A stretch of 64,000 nucleotides of DNA from NCBI RefSeq assembly GCF_009914755.1, contig NC_060928.1. One strand, 5' to 3'. Positions 1-12,900 of this stretch are shown one piece after another. Position 1 is the first letter of the stretch. Each line of letters begins with the position of its first letter. The stretch comes from the human T2T-CHM13v2.0 reference genome, Homo sapiens. The notes below the pieces were generated by a model that had not been told where the DNA came from, searched no databases, and saw only the letters and a list, made by a program, of their open reading frames with translations. A program made the position numbers and the translations under genes.

Positions 1-779
1 CAGTTGAATTGGTGACAGTACCAGACCTTTCAACTACCTATCCAGAGGAAAACTCTACATTTGAAAGCAACTAATGTGAAGAGGAAAAAAGGAAATATAA
101 GTAATGTGTATGCTGTGTGTGTTGAGAGGTATAATCAGAAAATATCATTTGATGCACAGATATAGCTTATCAAGAGCAGAGAGTGGGCTTTAGAAGGCAA
201 GGATACCTCAAAATTCCTCCATGTTAGTGAAAAGCATACCAGATGCTGTTTGTTTCCAATGGGAACAAAATATAATTTAACATATAAAATATTATCTTTT
301 TAGTCTAACAAATCTATTCTTATTTCAAGTAATATGCTGGTAAATGGCTCTCTTAAAAACAAAAGAAAACAAAAGGCAGGGGAGAGGGTCCCAATTTGCA
401 GCCTTTGCCAATATCCTTGGTATAAATATTCACACCCCAGAGGCTCTTAAGCCACTAATGGCTTAACGACTGGCTCGTAGGAATTAGATCCAGAACATCA
501 CTCCTAATTATAGCGCATTTATGATGAAGAAACTGACTCCAAATGAAAGCTACTGTCATGTGGGAGTGGCAGCACTGGAACACAAACTTGCATCCTGGTT
601 GCTAAGAACTTTCCCATCAATAACTTTATTTCTTCCATAATTACCAAATGCGGATGGATCCTTCTCTCATTTAAAGGTCCAAATTCTTATCATACTGTTT
701 GCTTAAAATAAATATTTCCCAAATCTAATATTTTGGTTATATCTTCTAATTCATTTGCATAAAAAGAGCAAAAAAGTTT

Positions 780-1690
780 CCCCATTTTGATTAACTACTT
801 ACCTATATTTTAACTCTTTTTAAGTTCGCTTTATTTGTTCCATTTAAATTTGTCATCCAATTGTAACTTATTTGAGCTACTGATACGAAATAAAGATTTT
901 ATCTTTTTTCCTCAATATTTAATCAATTCTCTTGGGTTCATTTACTGAAATTCTGTCACTGATTTTACTCACTATCATAAACTAAATCCATACTCAAATA
1001 TGCTTTTCTGGGCTTTCTATTATGCTCATTAAAAATCTGTGTTTGTGTTAGTACCAGACTTTTTATTGTTACAGCTGTATAACAGGTTTTATTATTTGTA
1101 GAGACAAATATTCCTATGTATTCACCATCTTCAGCTATTGTCACTCATACTTTCAAGCTTATGCATGCCTTCACAAACTTACTTGAAAAAAACTTGACAT
1201 CTTTATATTATAAAACCTCTTGTCTAGTATCTGACACACCTCCATTAACTCGTCTTCTTTTGTGTACCTAGAGAAAAAAATGTATACTTTCCTTCAGAGG
1301 AGAGATCTAATTCTTATTAATTCTATTCCCAAATACTTTATGTTTCTATTTTGTGCAAATGAAATCATTTTCCCTCACTATCCAGTTCAATGTTTTTGCT
1401 TCTGGTTCCATTTCGATGGACAGAAAAATTATTACTTCTGCTTGTTCTTTGGACAGCTGTCCCTAAAATGTTTATTTATCCTAAACTATTCTTATTGAAA
1501 AGAGTTTCTAAACATAGAAGTCCTATGACATCTTTGGCATATGTCCAATGTTTTTTACTTGAAGTCTACTACAGAAATATCACTTATTATAAAGCTCAAG
1601 AAAAATGACCTATCATCCAAATAATCCATTATTCACTCAGCTATAGTTTCCTTGAGGTTATTATTTTCTTGTGCTTTTTTGGTAATCTTT
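780..1690 (-). mobile_element. Highly degenerate old L1 (L1M-type) fragment
   Basis: T-rich sequence resembling the antisense of L1 ORF2; boundaries approximate. Confidence 0.4.
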
Positions 1691-1744
1691 GGGAGCTCAA
1701 CTAAGAAACTATTCTAAAAACCTAGAGATAATGAGGTATTTTAA

Positions 1745-1875
1745 AAATGTGCATGGACCTGGGAGCCAGAAGACAAGGGCTCCAGACTTGACTTGGCTAC
1801 TCATGATGGTTATAATCTTGGTCAAATTTAACCTCTTTTGCTTCCCTTCTAGCAAATGAACAAGCTGAATTATAT
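1745..1875. mobile_element. MIR fragment
   Basis: MIR-like core (gggagccagaagac...cttggtcaaatttaacctc). Confidence 0.55.
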
Positions 1876-2854
1876 TGCTACCATGAGTATGTGTAAGAAG
1901 CAACAAGAATGTTGTTTTCATTTTTGTTCTCCACTCTTCCCCTGATATAAATATTCACTGCCAGTGAAAAAGCTATTGTGGCTGACTTTTCTCCTCTAGC
2001 TGGAAATGGACCTGCGAATCAACACAAAATAGTCCTGTAAACACCAGAATCCTGCAGGACCTCATCCAGCAAACATACCTGGACCCAGGGACTGGGGGAG
2101 GTTGACAACTACATAGAGATGTGTAGCCCTTTTCTCTGACTGCTATGAAGCTGAGCAGAATTGAAATAGATGGGCTGAGTCCTCTGTAGCTTAGAGGGTG
2201 AGATGATGAGAAAAGACAAGAAGGAAAGGGGCTCCCTCCTACTATCTTAACAGGCTGTTAACTGCTGCTAACTTAGGCTGCTTTCCCTTCCATCACTCTT
2301 GGGATTACTTCTTAAAAGACGGTAGCAGTCTGACCTACACTCAAGTAGCAAACAAAGTAATATAACTGTATACCTAAAGGTATCCAGCAGCCAGAGACAA
2401 AGAAAACAAATAAAATATTTAACAAACATCAGCAGCAAATAATATAGGCTGCAAAACAAACCTATTTCGATTAAAAACAGAAACTGAAGTGCTGATTTTT
2501 GCCTTGCTATTCAACACCATCCTGGAGATGATAAGTAAATGCAATAATATTAAAAAATTAAATCGTTACAAATATTAAAAAAGATACGAAACTTTATTAA
2601 CTAGCAACAATCACCTAGAAATAGAAAATGATTTTAAAAGACCTTCTATTCGCAAAAATAAAATTGGTAGAAATAAATTTAATAAGAAAAGCATAGGACT
2701 TCATACAGAGGAAAGGACAAGCGCTTCCTAATATAAAAGAAGATATAAAAGAAGATCTGAACATGTGGAAAGACATAGTCATAGATGGAAGGATTTATCA
2801 TAAGTGTCAATTTTCATAAAATTAATATATTAATTAGCACAGCTCCAACTAAAA

Positions 2855-3147
<293 letters not shown>

Positions 3148-4025
3148 AGCCCACTAAAATTTTGAGACTGTTTTGTCTAGGTTTATTGGATAGATCTATA
3201 TTACAGTATACATGGAAGAATAAACACTCAAGAAAAGCCAAAAAAATTACTTTAAAAAATACAAAGAATATTATTTGAAATTAACTATAATCAGAACATA
3301 ACTATAATCAAGACATATATCAGAACATAATATGATTATATCAGAACATAATATAACAATAATCAACTCAGTAGACATAAGTGTAGATAAATCAGATAAT
3401 TGTAAAAAAAAAAAAAAAAAAAGTACCCCCTGCATTCCAGGGTAAGAATTCACATGGGCAAAATTAGAAGGAAAAAGATTATCTAGTAAAAATGTTGAAA
3501 CAGCTGGCCATTCATCTAAAGAAAAAATAAATATACTATACTCAAAAACCAAAGTCCATCAGATTCCAAACCTGACTGGATAAAACAAACAAACAAACAA
3601 ACAAAAACCAATGTCCAGATGGACATGAAGTTAAAAATTCATTTTTCAAAACCTTAGAAGAAATTGGGAATCTTCTTATATAATCAAGGGGTGAAAAGAC
3701 CTGTAGCCTAGAGAGCAAACCCAAAATTATATATTTTTTAAAGATAAATGCATTTAACCAAATACAAATTTAAAATATTTAGGAGAAATGATACCATAAA
3801 CAAGACAAAGTTGGAGAAATATTTATAATGTAGATGATAGAAAATATAAAACATTCAAAGAGCTCTTACAAAATAATAAGAAAAAGACAACACAATAAAG
3901 AAAAGGTGCCAAAAGATATACATAAGCAATTCAACATAACAGCAAGTCTAAAAAGCCAACAGGCATATGAAAAAATGTTCAAACAGTGTACCCAGAAAAT
4001 GTAAATTAAACCAGCAGTGAGCTTT

Positions 4026-4030
<5 letters not shown>

Positions 4031-4071
<41 letters not shown>
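4031..4071. repeat. (TA)20 microsatellite
   Basis: Read directly. Confidence 0.95.
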
Positions 4072-4075
<4 letters not shown>

Positions 4076-4534
4076 CTGGCAAATACTAAAAAGAATGCAT
4101 ATATCACCTACTGCAGGTAAGGTACAGGGAAATGAAACACTTAACACAGCGCTGATAAAAAGGTAATGCCCAGTTAAGTACAGCGCTGTGGAGAAGGTGT
4201 TCTTACAAAAGATAAATATTCTGGCCCCTAGAACAGGGCATAAATTTCTTCGATCTTCAGGCTCTCTGTGCAACCTTCTGATAATAATTCAGCTTTGTAT
4301 GAGCTTATCCCACAAAAATGGCAAAGGATGGGCTGCCAACTCCAGCATTAATATCCACTTGGCATATTTCTCACTGTAAATTAGTAAATTGGCAAACATA
4401 TAAGAATTTGTCTGTCATATTCTTTATGATGATTCCACTCCCAGAAAAGATTTCATATATACTCTCAGCATTCTGACAATGCTAAGCTTTCTGACTTGAC
4501 CCTGAACTTTGCTGGCCATCTCTGGCCATACCTT

Positions 4535-4635
4535 AAGTCAGAATCAAAATCTTTGGAATGGGGCCCAGGTATGTGTATGTTTTTGAAAGCTCCCCAGGCT
4601 GATTCTAATATGCAGCCAGGGTTGTGAACTATTGC
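4535..4635. mobile_element. MER5-type hAT-Charlie DNA transposon fragment
   Basis: Characteristic ggggcccagg...aagctccccaggctgattctaatatgcagccagggttg. Confidence 0.75.
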
Positions 4636-6979
4636 CTTACCCTATTCTTCTAAAATGGAACAGTTGGCTCTATACAATAATTTTACTTAAAGTTGATTGT
4701 GATCATTAAAAAGTTTCAAAAGCACCATAAATAAGGAAACCTGTAATTATAATACCACAAATAATAGCCATCAAGTAGTTCTATTCCAACCATACAAAAG
4801 CCCTACACTTCAAATCATGGCAATACAATGCCCTTGCACTCTACGTAAAAACACACTACTAACCTTATCTTCAACGATATTACTAAGGCTATGTTACTGG
4901 AATCATCTTCTTATTTTCTTCCATATAGTCTCCCTATAATAAAATTTACTCATTCAGATATTGTTCCAAAATCATGTAAAGCTTATTTTAAAGAAAAAAG
5001 GATCGACTTAATGTATCAAATGTAAGTCTGTATTTGTTATATCGTTACTATATTGCATGATAATGGATATTAATAATTCATTCCTCATTTTTTATGAATG
5101 CCTTGACTAACTACTTTCTGTATCATATATCAATAATGTAACTGAAAATACAGCTTATAAAACAATTCACAAGATTTTCTATGACATTTACAAGTCATTA
5201 CCTTCTGGGAAGAACAGGTCTGACAATTTGGAAATTCTCTTCGACAGCCTTCCCTATTCAAATGAATTTCTCTTTAATTATCTTTCTGTAAAAACCCTTA
5301 AAACTTTAATCATTTAGCAAAATTTTAAAAATTGGAAAATAGCATGCTTAATGAAAACCAACTAATAGATCTAAAATCGTCAAAAATGCCATCAAACAGG
5401 CAATGTCCTGTGGTATCACACATCAACAGACTAGGAAGAATAACCAAAAAGACATGACCCATTCTCATCCTGCAAAAGGCTAGCAAACTTGTCTTATCAA
5501 TGTGACAATGCAACTGCAAACAGTTACTTCCAGAAAAGAAGACTAAGAGTTTGACCAGTAGTGGAATAGGCCAGAACCCAGTGATTTGAGACTCTGGCAC
5601 AGGCTATGCCTACAATAGGCAAGACAGCTGTCAGGTATCATATTTAAAATATTAAGCAGTCAGTACAGAGGGGCTATCAGAAGAGCTACAGCCAGGATGC
5701 CTAATGACTGAATACCAGCATTGTTGGAGGTCATACGGCATCTAATTATGGAGGCAGAAGATGGTACCTAGAGAATATGATAACAGGTAAAAAGCACCAG
5801 GGAGGTCCAGGAGAACAGCAGATGTTATCCTGGCAAACAGTTGAATAATGCAAAGTCTATGAACAGGAAATATATAGACACACGGCTAGGGAGGTGGGTT
5901 TAATCAACAAAAAGGTATGCCAGCAGAACTTCATTCTCTTCAAGATCAGAGCAGGGTTCCACATTTGAAGGAAATGGAATACCAAAGTTTGATAAGGAAA
6001 GGCTCAGGAAAGAAGAGATACCAATAATTACAGATGGAGGCTTTGACACAAGAATGGGTAGCCGAGATACTACAACTGAAGAACAAAGGCAGATCCAAAT
6101 TTGTAGTGAGGTTGGGCTGATGGTAAGTCACTTGAACTAATGAACTAGGGATGTCCCAAATTCCCCATCTTAGCACAGGATAGGACCCAGGGCCTGCTAT
6201 AAGACTGAGTCTATACATGAGTACTACAGCAGGTACAGAGAAAGGTCATGACAGATATGTTAATAAAATAGAGGGTCAAATTTAACACAGATATTATTCT
6301 GGCCTGTTTGCGTATTCTCAGTCACCTGGCCCATTTGGATACTCTCAGTCACCTATGAATATTTTGACCATCTATGTTGGATTTTCTTGATTTTGAATCT
6401 TATTAGTAAACTATGTATTTAATATTTATCAATAAAATTTTAAAGCAAATTGTGAAACCCAAATACTTAATGAGTCCGATAATCAGCTGTACTTCTCACA
6501 ACACTAACTGTTTAGTCTCAAAAATGAAATGTCTCCTTTCTCAAATGAGGTGAACCTAGCTTAAGAAGTTAGAATTAAACAAACAAACAAACAAAAGATA
6601 CAGCAGGCCCATGACTCTAAATCCAATGACACCTGGAGCTAGAAATCCCACTTTTCAGGGACCATCATGAAAAGTTCACGTTGTTTACTTAATAGTACAA
6701 TGAGTTGGCTTTCTTAGGATCCACTTCTCAAAGCAGACAAATTTATCTGAGGGATGATAAGAGTATTCTGACAATAAGCAATAGGTGATTCTTTTCCACT
6801 ATGACCAACATTAACTCTCAACAGATACATTTCTGAAACTGATGTCAATGAGAATGTAACTGACCCTACAAAATTAGTTGTGCAAACAGCTAGTTAAAAA
6901 TTTCCGTTATCTCCTGTACCTAACCCAAGACCTATTTTTCCTACCTCTTAAATATTTCCCATCACTATGAATGTTTTGT

Positions 6980-7430
6980 AAAGTGCTTAGAAGAGTACCT
7001 ACACATGTTGTAGGTATTATATACTTGTTTGCTAAATAAATAACATTTCTTCCATTTGTTCAACCTTTATCTCACATATAGTCTCTTTCAATAGCATCCT
7101 AACTTGTCTCCTGGCACCACCCCAAAGACAGAAACTTGATGAAATCACCCCAATCACTGTCGCAAAGCCCATCAATGGTTACCTATTTATTTTAGGATTA
7201 AGACCAAAATCCATAACAAGGTTTTTGCTATTCTACATGGTCTAGTCCTTGCTTAACTTTCCAGCTTCATTCCCACCATGCTCTCCATAGCTCTCTGCTC
7301 CAGCCAAACCGGCCATTCCCTCCAGCTTCTAGCACTTGATATCCCTTCTGCCCACCCACCTATCTCCCAAACTGTTAACTATTTCTTCCTTCAGATCTTC
7401 CTAAAGTATCACTTGATCAGGGAAGCCTTC
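6980..7430 (+). mobile_element. L2 fragments
   Basis: L2-like segments (aatagcatcctaacttgtctcc; ccttcagatct...agggaagcctt). Confidence 0.55.
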
Positions 7431-7559
7431 AATTAAAATATGAAGGAGTAGAGAAAGTTAGCTAAAGAGTTTGGGTGTGAGATTTTCTGGGGGGTGAGGG
7501 AGTGTTCTTAGTGTTCTTTTGCTTATCTGAGCCCCAATTTACTACTCTATAAAACAGCA

Positions 7560-7910
7560 ATTTATCAATTGAAGAATGGATAAACAAATTGTGATGTATC
7601 CATCCAATGGAACATTATTCAATACATGTTATGACATAAATGAACCTTGGAAATACAGTTAAATGTAAGAACCCTGTCACAAAAGAACACCCATTGTATG
7701 ATTCCATGTATATGAAATGTCCAGAATAGACAAATCCGTAGTGACAGAAAGTAGAATAATGAGTATGAGGTTTCTTTTTTAGATAATGAAAACATTCTGC
7801 AATTAGATACTGGTGATAATTGTACAATTTTGGAATACACTAAAACCCACCAAATTGAATACTTAATGAATTTTATAGTATGTGAATCTCACAATAAAGT
7901 TGCTACTTTG
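7560..7910 (+). mobile_element. L1MB-type 3' end
   Basis: gaatggataaacaaattgtg...gtatgattccat...tgaaatgtccagaatag...aataaag. Confidence 0.8.
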
Positions 7911-9289
7911 AAAAACAGCAATAATATTCCTCTTGAGATTTTCATGCTGATGGTTACAAGAGATTTAATGTATGTGCATATAATGTGAGTATACACAGAT
8001 ACGTGTGCAAAGACATACGATAGGTACTTACCACAATACTAGACCTATAAATACTTCAACAAATGGTATTATTTCAATCAAATAACACAGATTTTAACTG
8101 AAATTTAGATGAATGTATAATGTGCTTTTTGGGGTTGGCTTTTACTATTTTTACAATCCAAAAAAAAAATCTGAGTATTAAAAACAATTTATGAACTTTT
8201 CTCATTGTGCAAAAATGCAAGTAATCTATGCAAATACAGTTTCTTAACATACCATATCTTATTCACATTTTAACTTATAAAATTACGGTTTAAGAAGGTC
8301 AATCTATTTTATGTCTGTGATAAAAACTAAATTCTTTGAAACACCAGCTCTCATAAAAGTATGTATGCAAAATAAATTCTATAAATTAATATGCTTACAA
8401 GAGGTATTATATGGACAGCAAATGCATCTGTGATCTTAGCATTACATGAACAGATCTCAGTACTGAGTCTTGCTTTGTCTTATCAATTTTAGGGAACTAA
8501 GCCAATCTTTTAAATGATAACATCCTCACGACACAGCTGGTTTAACAGAATGTTCCTGATTCAGTTTTTAAAAGAAGTAATGCCTAAAACTGTTGGCACA
8601 AAGACAAAATCCTGAATTTAGGCCATATGAATGTCACTTCATTGTTGTTACTGAAAGAAATAAGCTCAACTATAATCAAACTTCAGCAGCACTGCATCAA
8701 CATTCTGCCAGCTAAGCAGGCCCTGAAACCAGAGGGCCTCTAGCGACTAATATAAAAAGTAGCATTTAACATTAATACAAAGCACGCAAATGCATCTTAT
8801 AAATAAGAAACACTATTATAATTAATGATGAACTATAATAATATACACTGCTTTTAAGTTATGTTCGAAGACACAACCCATAGATTTTTTTCTTTTTCTT
8901 TTTTCTTCAGGAGGGTAGGGGCAACATTTGAAATATATAATTTATTTAATGGAAAAAATTTTTCATTTCTTTTTTTATAAAGGCTATTAATAAATCAAGT
9001 TTTCCTCTGTTCTTTCCAAGAAATTCACTAAATAAAATGTTATGAAAATGTATTTAATCACTAAAAAATCATTTTATGCATTCCTACTTCAGGAATTGTT
9101 CCCCTGAGAGACATCAGTAGCATAATATTAATAACCAAATTATAAAAGGGGTCATATATTTATGCTTCTACCTTCTTCTCTATTATAAACTCATCCCAAC
9201 AAAAATTATTGCAGCTCTACCCAATATCTTACTTGTCTGCACATTTACCAGAGCTTAAATAAGCATTAAATACACAAAGAACAAAAAGA

Positions 9290-9900
9290 CAATCAACCAA
9301 TACCCTCCAGAAGCTTACACTCAAGTAGCAGAGAAAGACATGAACAAGATGATGAGTATAATGATGCAATGATGTTTAAAGTGAAGAAGAGAACAGATGA
9401 AGCATTAACTATGTGGCTGACTGAAGGAAGAATGGGTCTTGAAAGAGGAGTAAAAATCATTGCGATGCAGGCAGAGAGATGAGAGGGTACATTTCAGGCA
9501 AAGGTAGCAGCAAATATGAAGGCACAGAATGCTTCCAGAACTGGCAAAGCATGGCGAGAACGGCAACAGGCAAAATGAGCAGAGGCTAGATGATGAAAGG
9601 CCTCCTCCTACAGGAGACAGAAAATCTGTGAGGTAAGGAAGGGAGGGACATGAAGAGCCAGCTTTTAAAAGGAACCCTTACCAGCAATGTGGAAGATGCA
9701 AACAGGACCAATATGGAAGCTGTGGCAATATTCCAGGTGATGATGAAGAGAGGCCTGAACTAGGATAGTGGCTGTGGAGAGGAGAGACTACGGAAATTTG
9801 AGTAGGCAGAATGGCAAGCTGTGGTCAAGGACCGAAAGGGGTTGGGGTGAAAGAGGCGTGGTAACCAACCTCTGGTTTCTGGCTTGGGGAGACTGTGGAT
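9290..9900 (-). mobile_element. L2 fragment
   Basis: Purine-rich, degenerate L2 antisense pattern (ccctccagaagcttacactc; ggcctgaactaggatagtggctgtggagatggag). Confidence 0.55.
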
Positions 9901-10012
9901 ATCAGTACTACCTACCATCATGGAGAGCATCCTATCATTCAAAACCAAACTCAGAAAAATCCCTTTCCCTCTTAAGTCTCCACTGACCCTGTAGTTCAAT
10001 GTGATTCCTTCT

Positions 10013-10127
10013 TATTTTTTGTGTTTCCTTCTGTCACCCAGGCTGGAGTACAGTGGCATGAACAGGGCTCCTGGGCTCAAGCAATCCTCTCACACCTCAG
10101 CCTCCTGAGTAGCTGGGACCACATGCA

Positions 10128-10175
<48 letters not shown>

Positions 10176-10201
10176 TGGTAGAAACAGGATCTCAGGATCT
10201 C

Positions 10202-10246
<45 letters not shown>

Positions 10247-10378
10247 TGGTAGAAACAGGATCTCAGGATCTCACTATGTTGCCCAGGCTGGACTCAAACT
10301 CCTGGGCTCAAGTGATCCTCTCACCTCAGCCTCCCAAAGTACTAGGACTACCAACGTGACCTCCCATGCCCAGCAGAC
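10013..10378 (-). mobile_element. AluJ-like element with internal (TG)n and tandem duplication
   Basis: Alu arms are recognisable; 16-bp TSD caatgtgattccttct at 9997-10012 and 10379-10394. Confidence 0.9.
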
Positions 10379-11729
10379 CAATGTGATTCCTTCTATCTCT
10401 GGACTCTCAGTCTGTTTTATGTATAACAGTCATTTGGTAAGTCACAGTGCACACACAACATTTCTCATTTGACTTCCTTACTACAACTTTTCACATATAC
10501 TTTCTCTAAGCTCCTCGAGAGAAAGGAACACGTTTTATACTTCTATCTGCCACAGCACAGTAGCATACGCTCTATAAACACTGGTTGACTCAAAAGTGTT
10601 GATGTTACAAAAACATTCCTAGGAAGAAAGAGCTAACTACTATCCTTTTCTATGGTCTTAATATTTTAACCCCTCCCCCTATGAGTTGTATTTAACTCTC
10701 TCATACAACAAAGATAAGTGAAGACAAAGAAGACACCCACAGATACTGGTGAAATAAAAACGTTCTTCCACTTTCCAGGGCTACAGCAGACAAGGACAGA
10801 GCCCTGCTGAACACTGAGACTAGCAATTTCTTTCCAGTAATAACCTATTACTTCAGAATGGTAAAGACACCTTCATGAGATGTGTACTATGAATGCCCAA
10901 GGGCAATGGGATACCCCCAGACTGACTGAATCACTATATTACTAACTGCTAAAAAACAAAGGCTTTACAAACATCTGTTTTTGGTTCACTACTGGATTCA
11001 AGGAGTATGATTAAACAAGATTTGGCTGTGGCTGGTTACAGGGTTCAGGCAACGACATGCAGAAATATTTAAATGGCCATAAAACAGGATAACCACATAG
11101 TTCACAAGTACCTAAACAAAGTTCTTACAAGACAAGCTGCTGTGATATAATACACTGTTCTTCTATAAGAAGTTGTTAATTATAGCTTTATTCTCACTAT
11201 AAAACTGTCTTACTATTTTTAAAAAAGTACATGGTGAGGATGGGAGAAGCAGGGGAAACAGTACTGAGAGAAAGATTAGAAGCTACAGTCCAGTTTACTT
11301 GAGCAAAAATGTATTCTACATTACTGTCTCCCTTTTAACTAGTGAAAGTATTTAACTTGATTTAGTCAGTAATTACAATTCTCCCAATATTTTAACTATG
11401 TATATTCACTTAAAAACTTTCCTAGAACTAAGATAATTTTCTGCCATCTGGCACAACAGTATCTCCATATGGAAGAATTACTTATAGATAAAAAATAAAA
11501 GAAATATAGGGATTGTAAATGCAGTATATTTGGCTGCATTTACAAACCTCCTCAAACCATATTCAATAAGACTTTATCTTAAGAGGGTTTTTGTTCTCAT
11601 GTCAATATTTTCACTTTCATATTATTTGCTTAAAAAACAAAACTACACTAAATAAATATTTTGGTAAAGAGTTAACCTGGAAAAATGTAAATTTAATTTC
11701 TGATATTTTATTCATTAGTTTGCTTAGGC

Positions 11730-11900
11730 ACCAGCAGCACAGTTGGGAGCAAAAACAACCAGGTTCTATTCCAATTCTTTGCCACTGTATGACCTTGGAA
11801 AAGTCACAATTTTTCTATACTTCAATTTTCTTTGACCAAAACAAACATGATAATAGAACCTGTGTTTACTTAATTCATGAGTTTGATATTGTATTATGAT
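11730..11900. mobile_element. MIR fragment
   Basis: ccaggttctattcc...ccactgtatgaccttggaaaagtcac. Confidence 0.55.
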
Positions 11901-12617
11901 ACTTTTGGCAAAAAAGTAAACAGACTATGGTAAGTGTTTTGAGATCTTTAAAGGAAAAAGTGTGATTGAAATATTGAACAAAAGCAATATTTCTGCCAAA
12001 TTCATATGTTAGGAAGAGAGTTACGGACAGAATAATAGCTCAACGGCATCAGTTGTATTGACTTAACTGAACTTTGAAATCTAAGTATATCATCCTGAAT
12101 GTTATTTATAAGAAAATTTACTACATATGAAAATTACACATTATAACTTCAATTAGAAGAATGAGGGAAAGCTATTATCATTATATTATGTTTCTAGTGC
12201 CTTAAGATAGCTGATGTTGATTCAAACAACATTCTGTGCTAACAGAAGTGTGGAAGAGTACTGGTATCTGATAACCCTGCAGAGATTAGAATCTATTTGT
12301 GGTCTTCTTCCCCCGTCCCACACCCCGCCCCCCATTTATGACTAATTGCGAGAAACTTTGCCAGAATAACACAAATTACCAAGAAATTCAAGGCTGGTAA
12401 ATTTTCATCAAAGAAAATTAACTACTGATTTTACAACTGTCTGATGTGTGCATGTCTAGATTTTCTATCTTACTGATTACCATTCAAGAAAATATTCTTC
12501 ATGCTATTTTCAACAGCTTTTAATCTATTTGGATTGGTCTGAAGAATCAGCATGCAAGGAATGGCAATGATAATAATACCTCAGCATTTTTTTTTTCATG
12601 TAGGAATATATACTTAC

Positions 12618-12690
12618 AGCTGCTGCTCCAGGACTTTAACAAGGACTTTATGCTAATTTCAAAAAACACAGAATCCTGTAGACTCAACAT
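12618..12690 (-). CDS. FRYL: Coding part of an alternative first exon: MLSLQDSVFFEISIKSLLKSWSSS + 1 nt (phase 1)
   Basis: ATG at 12690 with A at -3 and an in-frame TGA 9 nt upstream. 73 nt open (24 codons + 1), ending at donor AGCT|GTAAGT (plus-strand cttac 12613-12617). Shares QDSxFFEISIKxLLKSWS with the recalled FRY N-terminus. Confidence 0.85.
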
Positions 12691-12711
12691 AGTGTCTCAA
12701 TCAGCTGCAAA

Positions 12712-12742
<31 letters not shown>

Positions 12743-12900
12743 GAAGCAGCAGCAGCAGCGGTTTTGCCGTTCTGTCTCTCCAAGCCGCTGTCCCTTCTCT
12801 TCTCACAGGCAGCAGAGTTTTGGCCCACAGTGCCTTGGCTTCATTACCATGCAGTCTTGCAGTGACGCACAACTATAGTGGAAATGCCGCTGAATGCAGA
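12691..12900 (-). promoter_or_regulatory. FRYL: Putative 5'UTR/proximal promoter of the alternative first exon
   Basis: Locally raised GC and CpG content, a CRE-like TGACGCA at 12863-12869, the CTG repeat, and a short uORF (ATG at 12850, MVMKPRHCGPKLCCL*). The TSS cannot be located from sequence alone. Confidence 0.5.
12713..12760. repeat. Interrupted CAG/CTG trinucleotide repeat (GCA)8 GAA GCA GAA (GCA)4 GCG
   Basis: Read directly from the sequence; it lies about 22 nt upstream of the minus-strand ATG at 12690. Confidence 0.95.

Noticed and set aside
12650-12872. Poly-Ala (+) and poly-Leu (-) ORFs across the CAG repeat
   Set aside because: Alternative frames of the repeat; the supported coding frame starts at 12690 on the minus strand.
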